Positions 26,740 to 39,500 of a DNA stretch of 64,000 nt are shown one piece after another. The stretch comes from Octopus vulgaris (taxonomy: Eukaryota): the NCBI GenBank assembly GCA_951406725.2, contig OX597841.1:23002001-23066000 (forward strand). Direction: 5' to 3'. The notes beneath the pieces were generated by a model, which was not told the origin of the DNA, searched no databases, and saw only the letters and a list, made by a program, of their open reading frames with translations. The position numbers and the translations under genes are program-made. Within the stretch, counting starts at the first letter, position 1; the number at the start of each line of letters is the position of its first letter.

Positions 26740-27193
26740 CCCACCCGGGAGATACAAATAAATAATAATGTCAGATATGTTATTACACCCTCTCCCCTAT
26801 ATTTTTTTTTTCATCATCTCAGCGGGTTTTCCCGTTAGTTATCGTTGCTAAAAAGACCTTCCTCGCCGTCAGCGTTCGATCCCGCCTCAACCCCGTCGAC
26901 TTCCATTTCCTTCCTCTTTACTTTCTCATTGCAAATCCCGTCATCGCTTTCGCACCACCACCTGCCAGCTTCTGTGCCTTTAGAGGAGACCCTTTTTACT
27001 TCTAAGCAATCGATTCGGGTCTCCACTTTAAGTATACTGTTCTGTTTCTGTCTCTCTCCCTCACACCAGTCTCAGGTGCCCAGCACAGTTACGGTGAAAC
27101 TGCATTTCCCCGTTACTACAACAAAGTGGAATAGCTGCAAACACAATGTGGGAGCACAAAACTAGTGACATTCCCTATCTATCAACCAAGTAG

Positions 27194-28548
27194 GGATCTT
27201 TTCTTTTTGATGGACGGAATTTTCTAGTTATCTAAAAAATTTGAAACTTCGTATGCTGGTAGAATGTGTCAAAAGAAAACATTATTGTAAACAAAATTGT
27301 AATTCGTAACTTTAACGTAGTTTAATTCTTCGAATTTTAACCAATGAAATCCCAGCATTTGAGCCCAAATCATTTGCGCGTTATCGATATTGATAAAGAA
27401 ACATAGCAGACGCATGCCGCACACACACACACACATATTCAGATACATACACACGTACTCTTGCACACACACTCTCTGTCACTCTCTCTCTCTCAAACAC
27501 ATGCATATACATTTGCACAAGCACATAGTAATTAATATATAAGCGTACACACACATACAAACGACACACACACACACACTCTCTCTCTCAAACACATGCA
27601 TATACATTTGCACAAGCACATAGTAATTAATATATAAGCGTACACACACATACAAACGACACACACACACACACTCTCTCTCTCAAACACATGCATATAC
27701 ATTTGCACAAGCACATAGTAATTAATATATAAGCGTACACACACATACAAACGGAGATATACATACACACACATACGCACACAAGCATACATACACGTTC
27801 GTGTTTTGCCTCTTGCCGCAACAAATTTACACAAAAGGTAAATAAACCAGAAGGGGGGGTGGGTCAATGTTTTATCGTTTCGGGGTCGATAAATTAAGTA
27901 CCAATTATGCATTGGTGTCGAGGATTTTTTCCCCAGTTTATATCACAGCCTCCGACAAGCTGGGGCATCCTTTTATGAAAACATATTTCGCAATTTTTTA
28001 GACCGCTTTAGGCGTATTATTCTTTTGTTTTTGTTGTTTCTGGCCCTTCAAAACCATGAGAGAAGCCTTTTCGGTAAAAAAAATAAAGAAAATATTCAAA
28101 ATATATCGTTAATATTTTTATTGGGCGACGAAATTCATCGATTTGAGAGATATAGCTGTTATTTCTAGCACATGTAGAAGACAGAAGAGAGAAAGGATGA
28201 ACAAGACGTGTGTGTGTGTGTGAGTTTTTAGACGCAGCAAATGGTTTGAGCTCGAATGCTAGGATTTCATTGGTTAAAATTCGTAGAATTAAACTACGTT
28301 AAAGTTACGAATTACAATTTTGTTTACAATAATGTTTTCTTTTGACACATGCTACCAGTATGCGAAAAGATATTTCGTCTGAAAATCCGAGCATTTCGGC
28401 AATTAAACTACGTTAAACAAACAAATTATAATTTTCTCAAGAAAGCCAAGAGAAAAAAATGTTTTATTTTGACACATTCTACCAGTATACGAAGTTTTAA
28501 AGTGTTTAGTTAACTAGAAATTGTCTGCTGTTCAAAAGGAAAAGATCC
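27194..28548. mobile_element. GGATCTTTTC-TIR element family (ends also at 1-66, 270-430, 3947-4170, 28913-29333, 30270-30567, 34500-34636)
   Basis: Inverted termini GGATCTTTTC...GAAAAGATCC with conserved subterminal ctaccagtatacgaag; no TSD found. Confidence 0.65.
27478..27755. repeat. Minisatellite, about 95-bp unit x3
   Basis: ctctcaaacacatgcatatacatttgcacaagcacatagtaattaatatataagcgtacac repeated. Confidence 0.9.
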
Positions 28549-29773
28549 AAATAATCCCTTCCACTGAAGGCAAAAGGCCTTGAAATTTGTGGGGAGGGGA
28601 CGAGTCGATTACATCGACCTCAGCGTTCCACTGGTACTAACTATATTACTAGAAATAGCAGCTAACTCACCACCAACAAATGATTGCAACATTATTTGCA
28701 CAATGAGAACTGAACTGTTAACTTCACCCCAGTCCAGTTTCACGCACGACGTTCACCCGACGCTATTGTAAATACTATTTTAAGAGTAATATGGTAAACA
28801 GTGATACGAAACCGAGTACCTGTTGGTTTGAAGCAAACTTGTTACTTTAACAAACGTACCAATCGCTACCTGGTCGCCCGATTTACAAGGTATAGCAATC
28901 AAAACAAGGCAGGGATCTTTTCCTTTTGAACGGCAGTTTTCAACACAATTTCTAGTTAACTAAAAAATTTTAAACTTCGTATACTGGTAGAATATGTTTA
29001 TAAAACATCATTTTTTCTTGGCTTTATTGAGAAAATTCTATATGTTGTAAGATATTTCGACTTTAATTTCGAGCACTTCGGCAATTTTAACCAATCGCTC
29101 ACCTCCATTTGGGGTGAAAACATTCTGTGCTGTATGAATATGTCCCTCGTTTAAGAAACAGATTGGGTTTATTTACATTTGCGAAGAAAAAAAGATACCC
29201 TTCCCCCACCCCTAACCCTAACCCTAACCCTAACTCTAAACCTAACCCTAAAATAGATTGAAATGCATTAGATCGATACTAGGGTTATAATTATGGGTGA
29301 TAATTTCATTTGACGCTGCTAGAAAAAAATCCCATTTTCCGTAGCGCTGTCGCTGAAATAGGTATTTATTATTGGTCTATAAATATGATTTGAATGTAAG
29401 ATGCACTAATTGAGGATTGATCGCTCTGGTCAGAGGTCAGTAAGGTTCATGCAGTGTGACCTGCTACCCAGCAGCCAGTCAACAGCTGATAAGTGATTCG
29501 CCTCGACCTCTCTCTTGGTGACGTCACTTCTCTTAGACGTTTACTTTATATAATGATAAGAACCTATATTTACCATTCAACATACAACATCCATATAAAT
29601 TTACAAATAATTGATTTAAAGATATTAAAAATACTTTAAACTAGAAAATGTAAGGATTGAATATGTTTACAATATAACAGGTAATTTAATGTGATTGGAA
29701 TAAATAATTTACACATCAGTGGGTGTAACATTAACTTGTGTGAATATAGTCTGTGGTAAAAAGTCAAAAATTT

Positions 29774-29964
29774 ATCGCTTCTCGGCCTTTTGGCTAAGAT
29801 CAAAGTGTAGTATCTGTTCTTATCAGCTTAATATCTGATACGGTCCCTATCTGGGACCATCGATATTAAACTGATTTTTGGAACGAGGCGAAGTGTTAGG
29901 GGCTTGCTCCGCCTTTGCCACGGGTTGGCCTGGTATTGCAGTGCTTCCAGGATTCAGCCCATCT
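29774..29964 (+). ncRNA. RNU2: U2 spliceosomal snRNA, copy 2
   Basis: Same sequence as copy 1, offset 3225 bp. Confidence 0.98.
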
Positions 29965-31129
29965 CCCACCCGGGAGATACAAATAAATAATAATGTCAGA
30001 TATGTTATTACAGCCTCTCCCCTCTATTTTTTTTTGTCATCTTGTCAGCGGGTTATCGTTGCTAAAAGGACCTTCCTCGCCTTTAGCAGGCAGTTCGTGC
30101 TCGATCCCGCTTCAACCCCGTTGACTTCTATTTCCTCCTTCCTCTTTGCTTTCTCATTTCAAATCCCGTCATCGCTTTCACACCACCACCTGCCAACTCC
30201 AGTGACTTTAGAGGGTCCCTTTTTTCTTCTAAGCAGAAGGGTTAGGGTTAGTGACAGGATATTGTCTCAGTTTTAGACGCAGCAAATGATTTTAGCTCAA
30301 TAGAGGCCATCGATCGGTTAAAATTCGAAAAATTAAACTACGTTAAACTTACAAATTACAATTTTCTCAAGAAAGCCAAGAGAAAAAATGTTTTATTTTG
30401 ACACATTCTACCAGTATACGAAGTTTAAAAGTGTTTAGTTAACGAGAAATTGTGTTGAAAACTGCCGTTCAAAAGGAAAAGATCCCATTCTACCTGTATA
30501 CGAAGTTTTAAATTCTTTAGTTACCTAGAAATTATGTTAAAAACTGCCGTTCAAACCGAAAGGATCCAATAAAACACAAAATAAATATTTTTTTACACAA
30601 AGTAAATAATTTTTCTAATCAAAGTAAGGATCGACTAGTCATGACTAGCTAGCGAGTGCGCGCACCGGGACCACTCTTCTTAAGTAGTACCGTGTCCTAG
30701 AATGTATGTGTGTCTACAAACGTAATTAAAATTCCAGTACACTCAAGCAATTAGGATATATGCTATCTTATTACTGCTTCACAAGCTAGCCACACACACA
30801 CACACATATACATAATAAACACATACATGTAGTTGCATGAATATAGACACACATACATATATGCGTACTCATATTAAAAAAATTATGGGATCTGGTAGCC
30901 ACATTAATTAATTAATTAATTAATTTTTTTTTTAGTAAACACTTTGAAACTTCCGATACTGGTAGACTGACACATAGAACAGGGTTTACTCTTAGCGTGG
31001 GATCTTTTTAATTAATGAATGTGGCTACCAGATTGAAAACATCCCAATTATGTCTGTACATACACGTGTTCTTGTGTTTTTATATATGTACGTGTCTATA
31101 ATTATGCATATGTACTAAGACATGTCTGA

Positions 31130-32098
<969 letters not shown>

Positions 32099-32575
32099 AG
32101 GGAACACAACTGAAAAAAGTTAAAGAGAAAGAAAATCTGAAATGTTTTAATACAGGCGTAGGAGTGGATGCGTGGTAAAGTAGCTTGCTTACCAACCATG
32201 TGTCTCTACTACTATAGACTCGGGCCGAATCCATTCGCAATGGCTTTGGTCGGCCCGAGTCTATAGTAGTAGAGACACATGGTTGGTAAGCAAGCTACTT
32301 TACCACACATCCACTCCCACGCCTGTATTTAAACATTTCCAGATTTTCTTTCTCTTTAACTCTTTTAACTTTTTATCAATTGTGTTCTCTGTTTTGACCA
32401 AATTTCTAATTTAATTTTGTAAAACTAGATTGCTAAAACAAAAGGGTTGTTGATCTGTGTGGAAACGGGGTAGAATGATGGAAGAAGGATGGTAGCGACG
32501 TCGGAGACCACATAACCTGAACGAGAAAGAAGGAAAATGGGGGCAGAGATATATTTATCCATATATTATTTATAG

Positions 32576-32855
32576 GGTACAACTTAAGAAGAGTGGGCCC
32601 AGGTGCGCGCACTAGTTAGTCGTGACTAGTCGATCCTTACTTTGTGTTTTATTTACTGTTTTAAAAAATTATTTACTTTGTTTTTTTGTGTTTTATTTAC
32701 TTTGTTTGAAAAAATTATTTACTTTGTGTAGAAAAATTATTTATTTTGTGTTTTATTTACTTTGCTAGGGAGTCGTTTCTGGGATCGACTAGTCACGACT
32801 AGCTAACGCGGATGCGCGAGTCCGGGCACTGGGACCAATCTTATTAAATAGTACT
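32576..32855. mobile_element. Merlin-like MITE (GGTAC family); copies 5239-5458, 33981-34198, 34230-34495, partial 30570-30691 and 34740-34878
   Basis: Long TIRs; 9-bp TSD tatttatag here and aaacatcgt at 33981-34198. Confidence 0.8.
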
Positions 32856-32879
32856 TATTTATAGTCTGTATGAAATTGC

Positions 32880-33149
32880 TGACATGCGCATACATGCATA
32901 CACTCCTCAACACACACACACTCATACACACACACATACACACACACACACTCATACAAACACACACACACACACGCCCATTTCTTTAAATAAAAAACCA
33001 CAGCGACTGTTGTCCGTCAGGTTTTCACGTTGTTTCAACGAACTCGGAGGAGGACCCTGCTATCGAGAGTATTCGAACCCCGCATGACATTCCTGAGACC
33101 AAAAAGACTTCAGGCTGAGATTGAAACCCTATCATTGGCCCAGGTAAAT
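32880..33149 (+). promoter_or_regulatory. Putative promoter/non-coding exon 1 of the 1796-aa gene
   Basis: ATGCGCAT motif, CpG-richer stretch, donor-like CAG|GTAAAT near 33143. Confidence 0.35.
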
Positions 33150-33419
33150 ATTTCATTGATGACTATTTTAATTAACAGACAACTTTAGTAACTTTATTTA
33201 CGTCGTTAACGATTCATTAGTACTTTTGAAACTTCACCGAGTCGTGTGAGGTGATGTCTGTGAGGGCGCTTGGCTTTCCTAACGCCTTAGCTTCGCCATC
33301 AACCGCGGTAATTCTGCGAGCTTGGCTTGTCTCAGGAGATTCCATTAAACCTTGTGGTGTGTGACCTGTTGAAGTATTTGATGCTACAGTCGGTCTTTCT
33401 TCCCCACAAATGCCATGGT

Positions 33420-33847
33420 GGCGATCTTTCGTCTCTAGTAGACCTTTCCGTCGATTTCCGTAAAAATTTTTTTTTTTTACATATGGGCTTGCGGGAACTT
33501 TTGAAGTAATATACATACATATACACATACACCGAGTAAAAAATTTCAGTTATCTCTTTCTTTCACACATTACTCTCTCTGTCTCTTCACACACACTAAC
33601 AGAAGCACTTCACTTACACAACATACTGTCTGTCTCCCACACCCCATCAAACACACACACACACACATGTACATCAATGCTTCCCATGGACGGTAACTTC
33701 AAAAGAACTTCCCTCGTCATACAATTGCTTTCTCTTAGTCTCTTTCGCTCTCATTACTTCAAAAGTTCCCGCAAGCCCATATGTAAAAAAAAAAATATTT
33801 TTTTACGGAAATCGACGGAAAGGTCTACTAGAAACGAAAGGTTGCCC
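33420..33847. mobile_element. MITE with TIR GGCGATCTTTCGTCTCTAGTAGACC; copies 19613-20007 and partial 5475-5790
   Basis: Inverted termini of about 45 bp; internal sequence shared among copies. Confidence 0.75.
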
Positions 33848-36568
33848 AAATGGTTTCAATACAGTTTTAGCGGAAAGATTTGGAAGAATTAGAAGAAAGT
33901 TCGGTACTACTTTAAATACAGAGGTACCGACGCATCTACCTAACTCTAACCCTAACGAGTGAGCACTATAAAAACATCGTGGTACTCCTAGCGAACAGTG
34001 GTCCCGGTGCGCGCACAAGCGTACTCGCGCTAGCTAGTCATGACTAGTCGATCCTAAAACAACACCCTAGCAAAGTAAATAAAACAAAAATAGAAAGTAA
34101 ATAACACAAAACCCAAAGTAAGAAGGATCGACTACTCATGACTAGCTAGTGCGGATGCGCGAGTACGCGCACCGGGACCACTGTTCGCTAGTAGTACCAA
34201 ACATCGTTACGTCGATGCATCGTAACCTCGATACTTCTAGCGAACAGTGGTCTCGGTGCGCGCACTCGCGCTAGCTAGTCGTAAGTAGTCGATCCTACGA
34301 CTTTTTAACCCTCACCCTAACCCTAACCTTTGTTTATAAAAATAATTCATTTACTTAGTTTAAAAATTATTTAATTTTCTTTGATATGGATTCAGACTTG
34401 AAATACAAACATACTCGCAAGTCGTTGTAGGATCGACTACTTACGACTAGCTAGCGCGAGTGCGCGCACCGGGACCACTGTTCGCTAGTAGTACCCGGGA
34501 CGTTAAACTTACAAATTACAATTTTGTTTTCAATTTTGTTTACAATAATGTTTTCTTTTGACACATTCTACCAGTATACGAAGTTTCAAATTGTTTAGTT
34601 AACTAGAAAATTCCGTCCATCAAAAGGAAAAGATCCTAAATTTTCTTTCGTGTAAATAAATGTCTATGTTATCTTATGAATTCGCCAACAAAATCTTGAG
34701 ATCTATTTTTTTCATTCGCAAAATCTTCAAGTACTTATTTAAGAGTGGTCCCGGTGCGCGCATCCGTGCTAGCTAGTCGATCCTTTGTGTTTTTGTGTTT
34801 TATTTACTTTGTTTTTAAAAAATTATTTATTTTGTGTTTTATTGACTTTGCTAGGTGGTCATTGTAGGATCGACTAGTTTCTTTTGCCGAACTGCTAAGT
34901 TACGGGGACGTAAACACACCAGCATCGGTTGTCAAGCGATGTTGGGGGGGGGGGACAAACGCAGATACACAAACAAATACATATATATATATGTGATCTC
35001 TTTCAACATGTGATCTCTTAAGCACCACCAGCTCAAATATTTTCTCCTCTGTCTTTCCTCTTTGGGATCTTTCCTTCTCCTTGTTTCCGACGAAGAGCTC
35101 CGCTCGAAACGTTAAACCCTCCTTCCCTTCTTTCCTGAGCGTCAATAATACTTTAATTGTTCCACGTCCTGCGTTGCTGTGTTTTTTTCTCCTTTTTTTC
35201 TCTTTTGTTCTGTGTTTTCTTGTTTGGATTAACCATATATATATATATATACATACATATATACGATGGGCTTCTTTTAGTTTCCGCCTACCAAATTCAC
35301 TCACAAGGCTTTGGTCGGCCCGAGGCTATAGTAGAAGACACTTGCCCAAGGTGCCACTGAACCCGGAACCGTGAGGTTGGTAAACAAGCTACTTACCACA
35401 CAGTCACTCCTACGTTCACTATCGTGTATTTAATCTCTTGAGGTGCGCACACTCGCCGTTCCATGCATTATTTTAGCTATTTTAGGCTACGTTCAGATCA
35501 TGAGACTAGCAGTAGACCAGTGACATGCGAATATTTTACATGCATAATACCATGTTTTGAGTTGTACAATATGCAACCTATATTTTTAAAGGTTTATTGA
35601 GCAGAATAACTCGTGCATATCATATTATGATAAATAGCTTCACCTTGTTCGTTTTCATAAACTGGTAGACGTAAATGCACGACGCTGTGTTATTGTAACA
35701 GTGAACGTAAATGGACGCGAGCTCGTTGCACTTTTGTGTTTGTATGACCTCATTAGATAAAAAAAAAAACAAAAAACGGAGCAGTGTCTTGAATGCTTCG
35801 GTAATACCGACATCAAGGGGTTAATGAAGTTTGAATATTATTGTAGAAGTGTGTTTAACCCTTTCGATTCCAAACTGGCTCTGGCTCTGTAGTACAAATG
35901 TCTTGTTTTCAGAAATTTTGAATTAAAATCTTCCTCCAAACCTTAGTCACAGTTTATGTTCTTAACAATATTTTACTAAATTCTTTGTTATATTTAAAAC
36001 TAATTGAAAGAAACACAAAACATCTCAACAGAAATATGGTAACAAAAGGGTTAAGAAGAAAAATAATCAGCAGAAGACATGAGAGAAGGAGACCTCAGTG
36101 TGGTTACTCTATATGCTAGAAATAATAGCCTAAATTTCCTTTAATCCACACCCTTTCAACTGCTTCTAATGTCCATCTACCCAAATGTAGAGGTGTTTTT
36201 AACTCTTTCGATACCAACCCGGCTGAAACCACCTCTTGCTCTGTAGTATAAATGTCTAGCTTTTGTAAGTTCTGAATTAAAATCTTCCCCACCAAACCTT
36301 AATCCCAATTTGTGTTCCTAAAACCAGCTTAATGATAACTAAGTTGTTTTACTAAATTCTTTGTTATATTTAAAGTAACTGAAAGAAACACAGAGCATCT
36401 CAAAATAAAAACAGTAACGAAATGGTTGAATGTTAATTTGACAACCTGATATACGGACAGAAACGCACGTATTTTGGTTGTGTGTTTAAAACAATGAAGT
36501 AAACATCTTTAAAATTTTAAATTTTCACAGAGCTGTATGTTTTCTTTATATTTCATTATAGATTCACT

Positions 36569-39500
36569 ATGGAAGGCAATACAGGAAATACTTCAAGAAT
36601 ACTTAAGCCTCCGAAAACAAGTTTTTGTGATGAAGGAGGAGTCTACAATCAAAAGTGCAGATATTGGAGAGATGACATTTTAGAGACAGAAACCTCACAG
36701 AACCAATCTTTGTGTCAGCCAACAACGAAACAAGACAGACATAAAGAAGACCGTGAAAAGTGTAAAACAATTGGAAGACGAGTTGTTTTGGACAAATGCA
36801 TGTATTATACAAGATTCAATGCGTATGAAGACAAAATCAATATGTTGGTAAATTCTCGGGAAAAAACATGTGCCATTTTAAAAAGTGTAGGGTTGGATAA
36901 AAGCAGTTTTCTAAAAGATTTTACACGGAGAATTGAAATTTTGCAGAAAAACGTTAAGAAATGTGACTACAATCAAGATTTTATTATTTTTGGACAACTT
37001 GAATGTTTTCTGGAACAATATGTAAAGAAAAATGTTTTGCAACTCAAACACAGAAGCATTGAGGCGCCAAAAATAACTGACAAATTCCGACCTCTTTGTC
37101 CAGTTGTGACCAGAGAAGCAATGTTCACTGAATCTGATGAAGGCTTCAGCAACATTATATCCAATATTGTCGTTATACAGGGTGGAGTTGTGACATATTC
37201 CCGCCATTATATGACAGTGTGTTGTGTGAAAATGAACGGTAACAGAAATGAAGTCCACTGCCCATCTTCTGTCACCGATTTTACCAGAATCGGTAAAGAC
37301 ACTGTACTGGCCACCCTTCCATTTAGGAAAATTATTCTAATTATTAGTCCCTCAAGTCTTAAAATTCAAACGCTTCAATTAGGCTTTTACAGGGTTTCGT
37401 ACTTAGAACATTTTACAGTTATAGGTGTAGAAATGTTCGGTAAGACTGTAAATTTTATTGATTGGGAAGATAATAAAATCACAAAGCAATTCCTTGTCAA
37501 AGAGCCACCATCAGCTATTGTTGTAGGTCCACAGAATAAGCTGTTGCTATCATTTTCAAATACCAACATAGTTGCTTGTTACAACCTTGATGGCCAGCAG
37601 TTATTTGAAGTGTGTACCCATTCTCTGGAACTTCCAACCAACATAACTGCGTACCAAAACCATTTTTATGTCCTCCAGGGACAAATTATTTATAAGCTTT
37701 CAGGCACTGGTGGTATGTCAAAGAAAGAAATTGGCGTGAAAGGTCGGAATATCTCTGTTGACTCGAGTACAATTTTCTTGGTTGATTATTTTGGTATTCC
37801 TCATGCTGTTAGAACAACTGAAGACTTTTGGCCCAGGTTGTCTTACTCCAACCAGCTACATACTCCCACTTTCTACAACCAGATTTATGTTGAGGATTAT
37901 TATGATATTACAAATATTCTACCTATGTCAACATCTTCTATGTTAATAATCTCCAGGAATAAGAAAGCCATATTATTCACTGACATTGGAGGAAAAATTC
38001 GCCAGAATTATTCATCTTTTCCCTTCGTTCCTTCTGTCTTTTGTAGATTGAACTCAAAAGCATTTTTGATTTTTTACTCTGAAATTAAGGCACTTCAGTG
38101 TGTCACATGTCCTGAACTAACCAAAGGCCCTTTAATTAAGGTCCACTCTGAATACATTAAAATATGTCATATTGTATCCAATAAGTGTTTAGCTGTGACC
38201 ACCACTGAAAACAAAGTGGAAGTACATATCCTGTTGATTAAGGAGGGCCAAGTTGACATCATGGAAAGAATTTCTCTGGGTCATGAAAATGTCACCATTG
38301 CTGCAACTCCTATTAATTTTGTGGTCGTAGATGGAAAGAAAAATAAACTGGTATTTTATTCCACATGTGGTGAAGAACTTTTTGAAAAATCCCTTCCGTG
38401 CTACGGCTACCCTCATCACATCTACTCTGACAATGTTTATTACTATGTTGTGTTCAAGAGAGAGTCTGTTGTAATATGTTACAATATATTTGGTGAAATT
38501 AAATGGCAGTGGAAACTACCCCTAACTGCCCCCTCTCACGTTACTGTCTCCCAAGGAACAGTTTATGTAGCGGACCTTGCACTCAATAGGGTCCTGCTTT
38601 TCAAATGTCACGACGGGTCCAGCTGTAGTTTACGCATCAAAAATCCTTATATCAGAAATCTAAATATACAGCTCAAAGAAAAGGAAGAGAAACTTCTCAT
38701 TGCCAAAATATGTCATCTCCCAAACGGACAGTTGGTGGTGTCCGACATAAATAATGATTGCTTGTTTTACATTTCTAAAGAAGGAGACATTGTGTCTAGA
38801 TTATCTCTGCCATCCGCAGCTACAGATATATGCCGATGGGACTGTAATCAAATAGGTATCACATTGCCCCTGGAGAGACAATTAAGGGTTATTGAAAACT
38901 TATCAAAGGCAGTTAGAACTGTATCATTTACCCACCCTTATGTACGAGTATGTAAGCTGGGTAACGGTCAAATGGTTTCTTATTGTGATAAACCATCTCA
39001 TTTAGATATTTTAAACATTAAAAATTATAATCAAGTCGAAATCATTCATAGAATTAATATCCCTTTTGTAGTGAAATCATTATCAATAGACAAGGAAACA
39101 CTAAAGCTATTGATTGTTACTAGGAAAAAAGTATTTCAGTACAACGGTAGTGGTGGTAGTGGTAGTAACAGTAAGATGGTCCCTAGTGTTTTACTGTCGC
39201 ATATGAAACCCTCCCTCAATCTCTTTGGTGGATGTATTGATAAATTGTTTGTTTATCTAATTGACAACAGCCGTATATTTGCTATGACTGATCATAACCT
39301 GGTGGTGAGAGATCACATTACTAATAAACTGGTAAACATGTACGCCGACCTGGTTGATGTATTTTCCAGAAACATCTGTGTCGGTGAAATGTTGTCTTCG
39401 ACTTTATATCTCGAGGATCTGACAGTTTCTGAAGAAGCTAGACATATTGATGTTGTCCCTCCAGGTCTTCGAAACAGGGAACCGATGAGAATTGACAATT

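Noticed and set aside
26653-26838. ORFs beginning MERGEVLGACSAF (also 29878-30276)
   Set aside because: They start at TTG inside U2 snRNA; not protein coding
29205-29250. (CCCTAA)n as a chromosome end or fusion scar
   Set aside because: Short runs inside or beside TIR elements, in both orientations across the window
28913-30486. U2 copy 2 apparently captured between inverted GGATCTTTTC transposon ends (Pack-type transduplication)
   Set aside because: No TSD. Homology to the copy-1 upstream region continues outside the left end (28820-28910), and the left element seems to end on its own near 29333, so independent insertions are more likely
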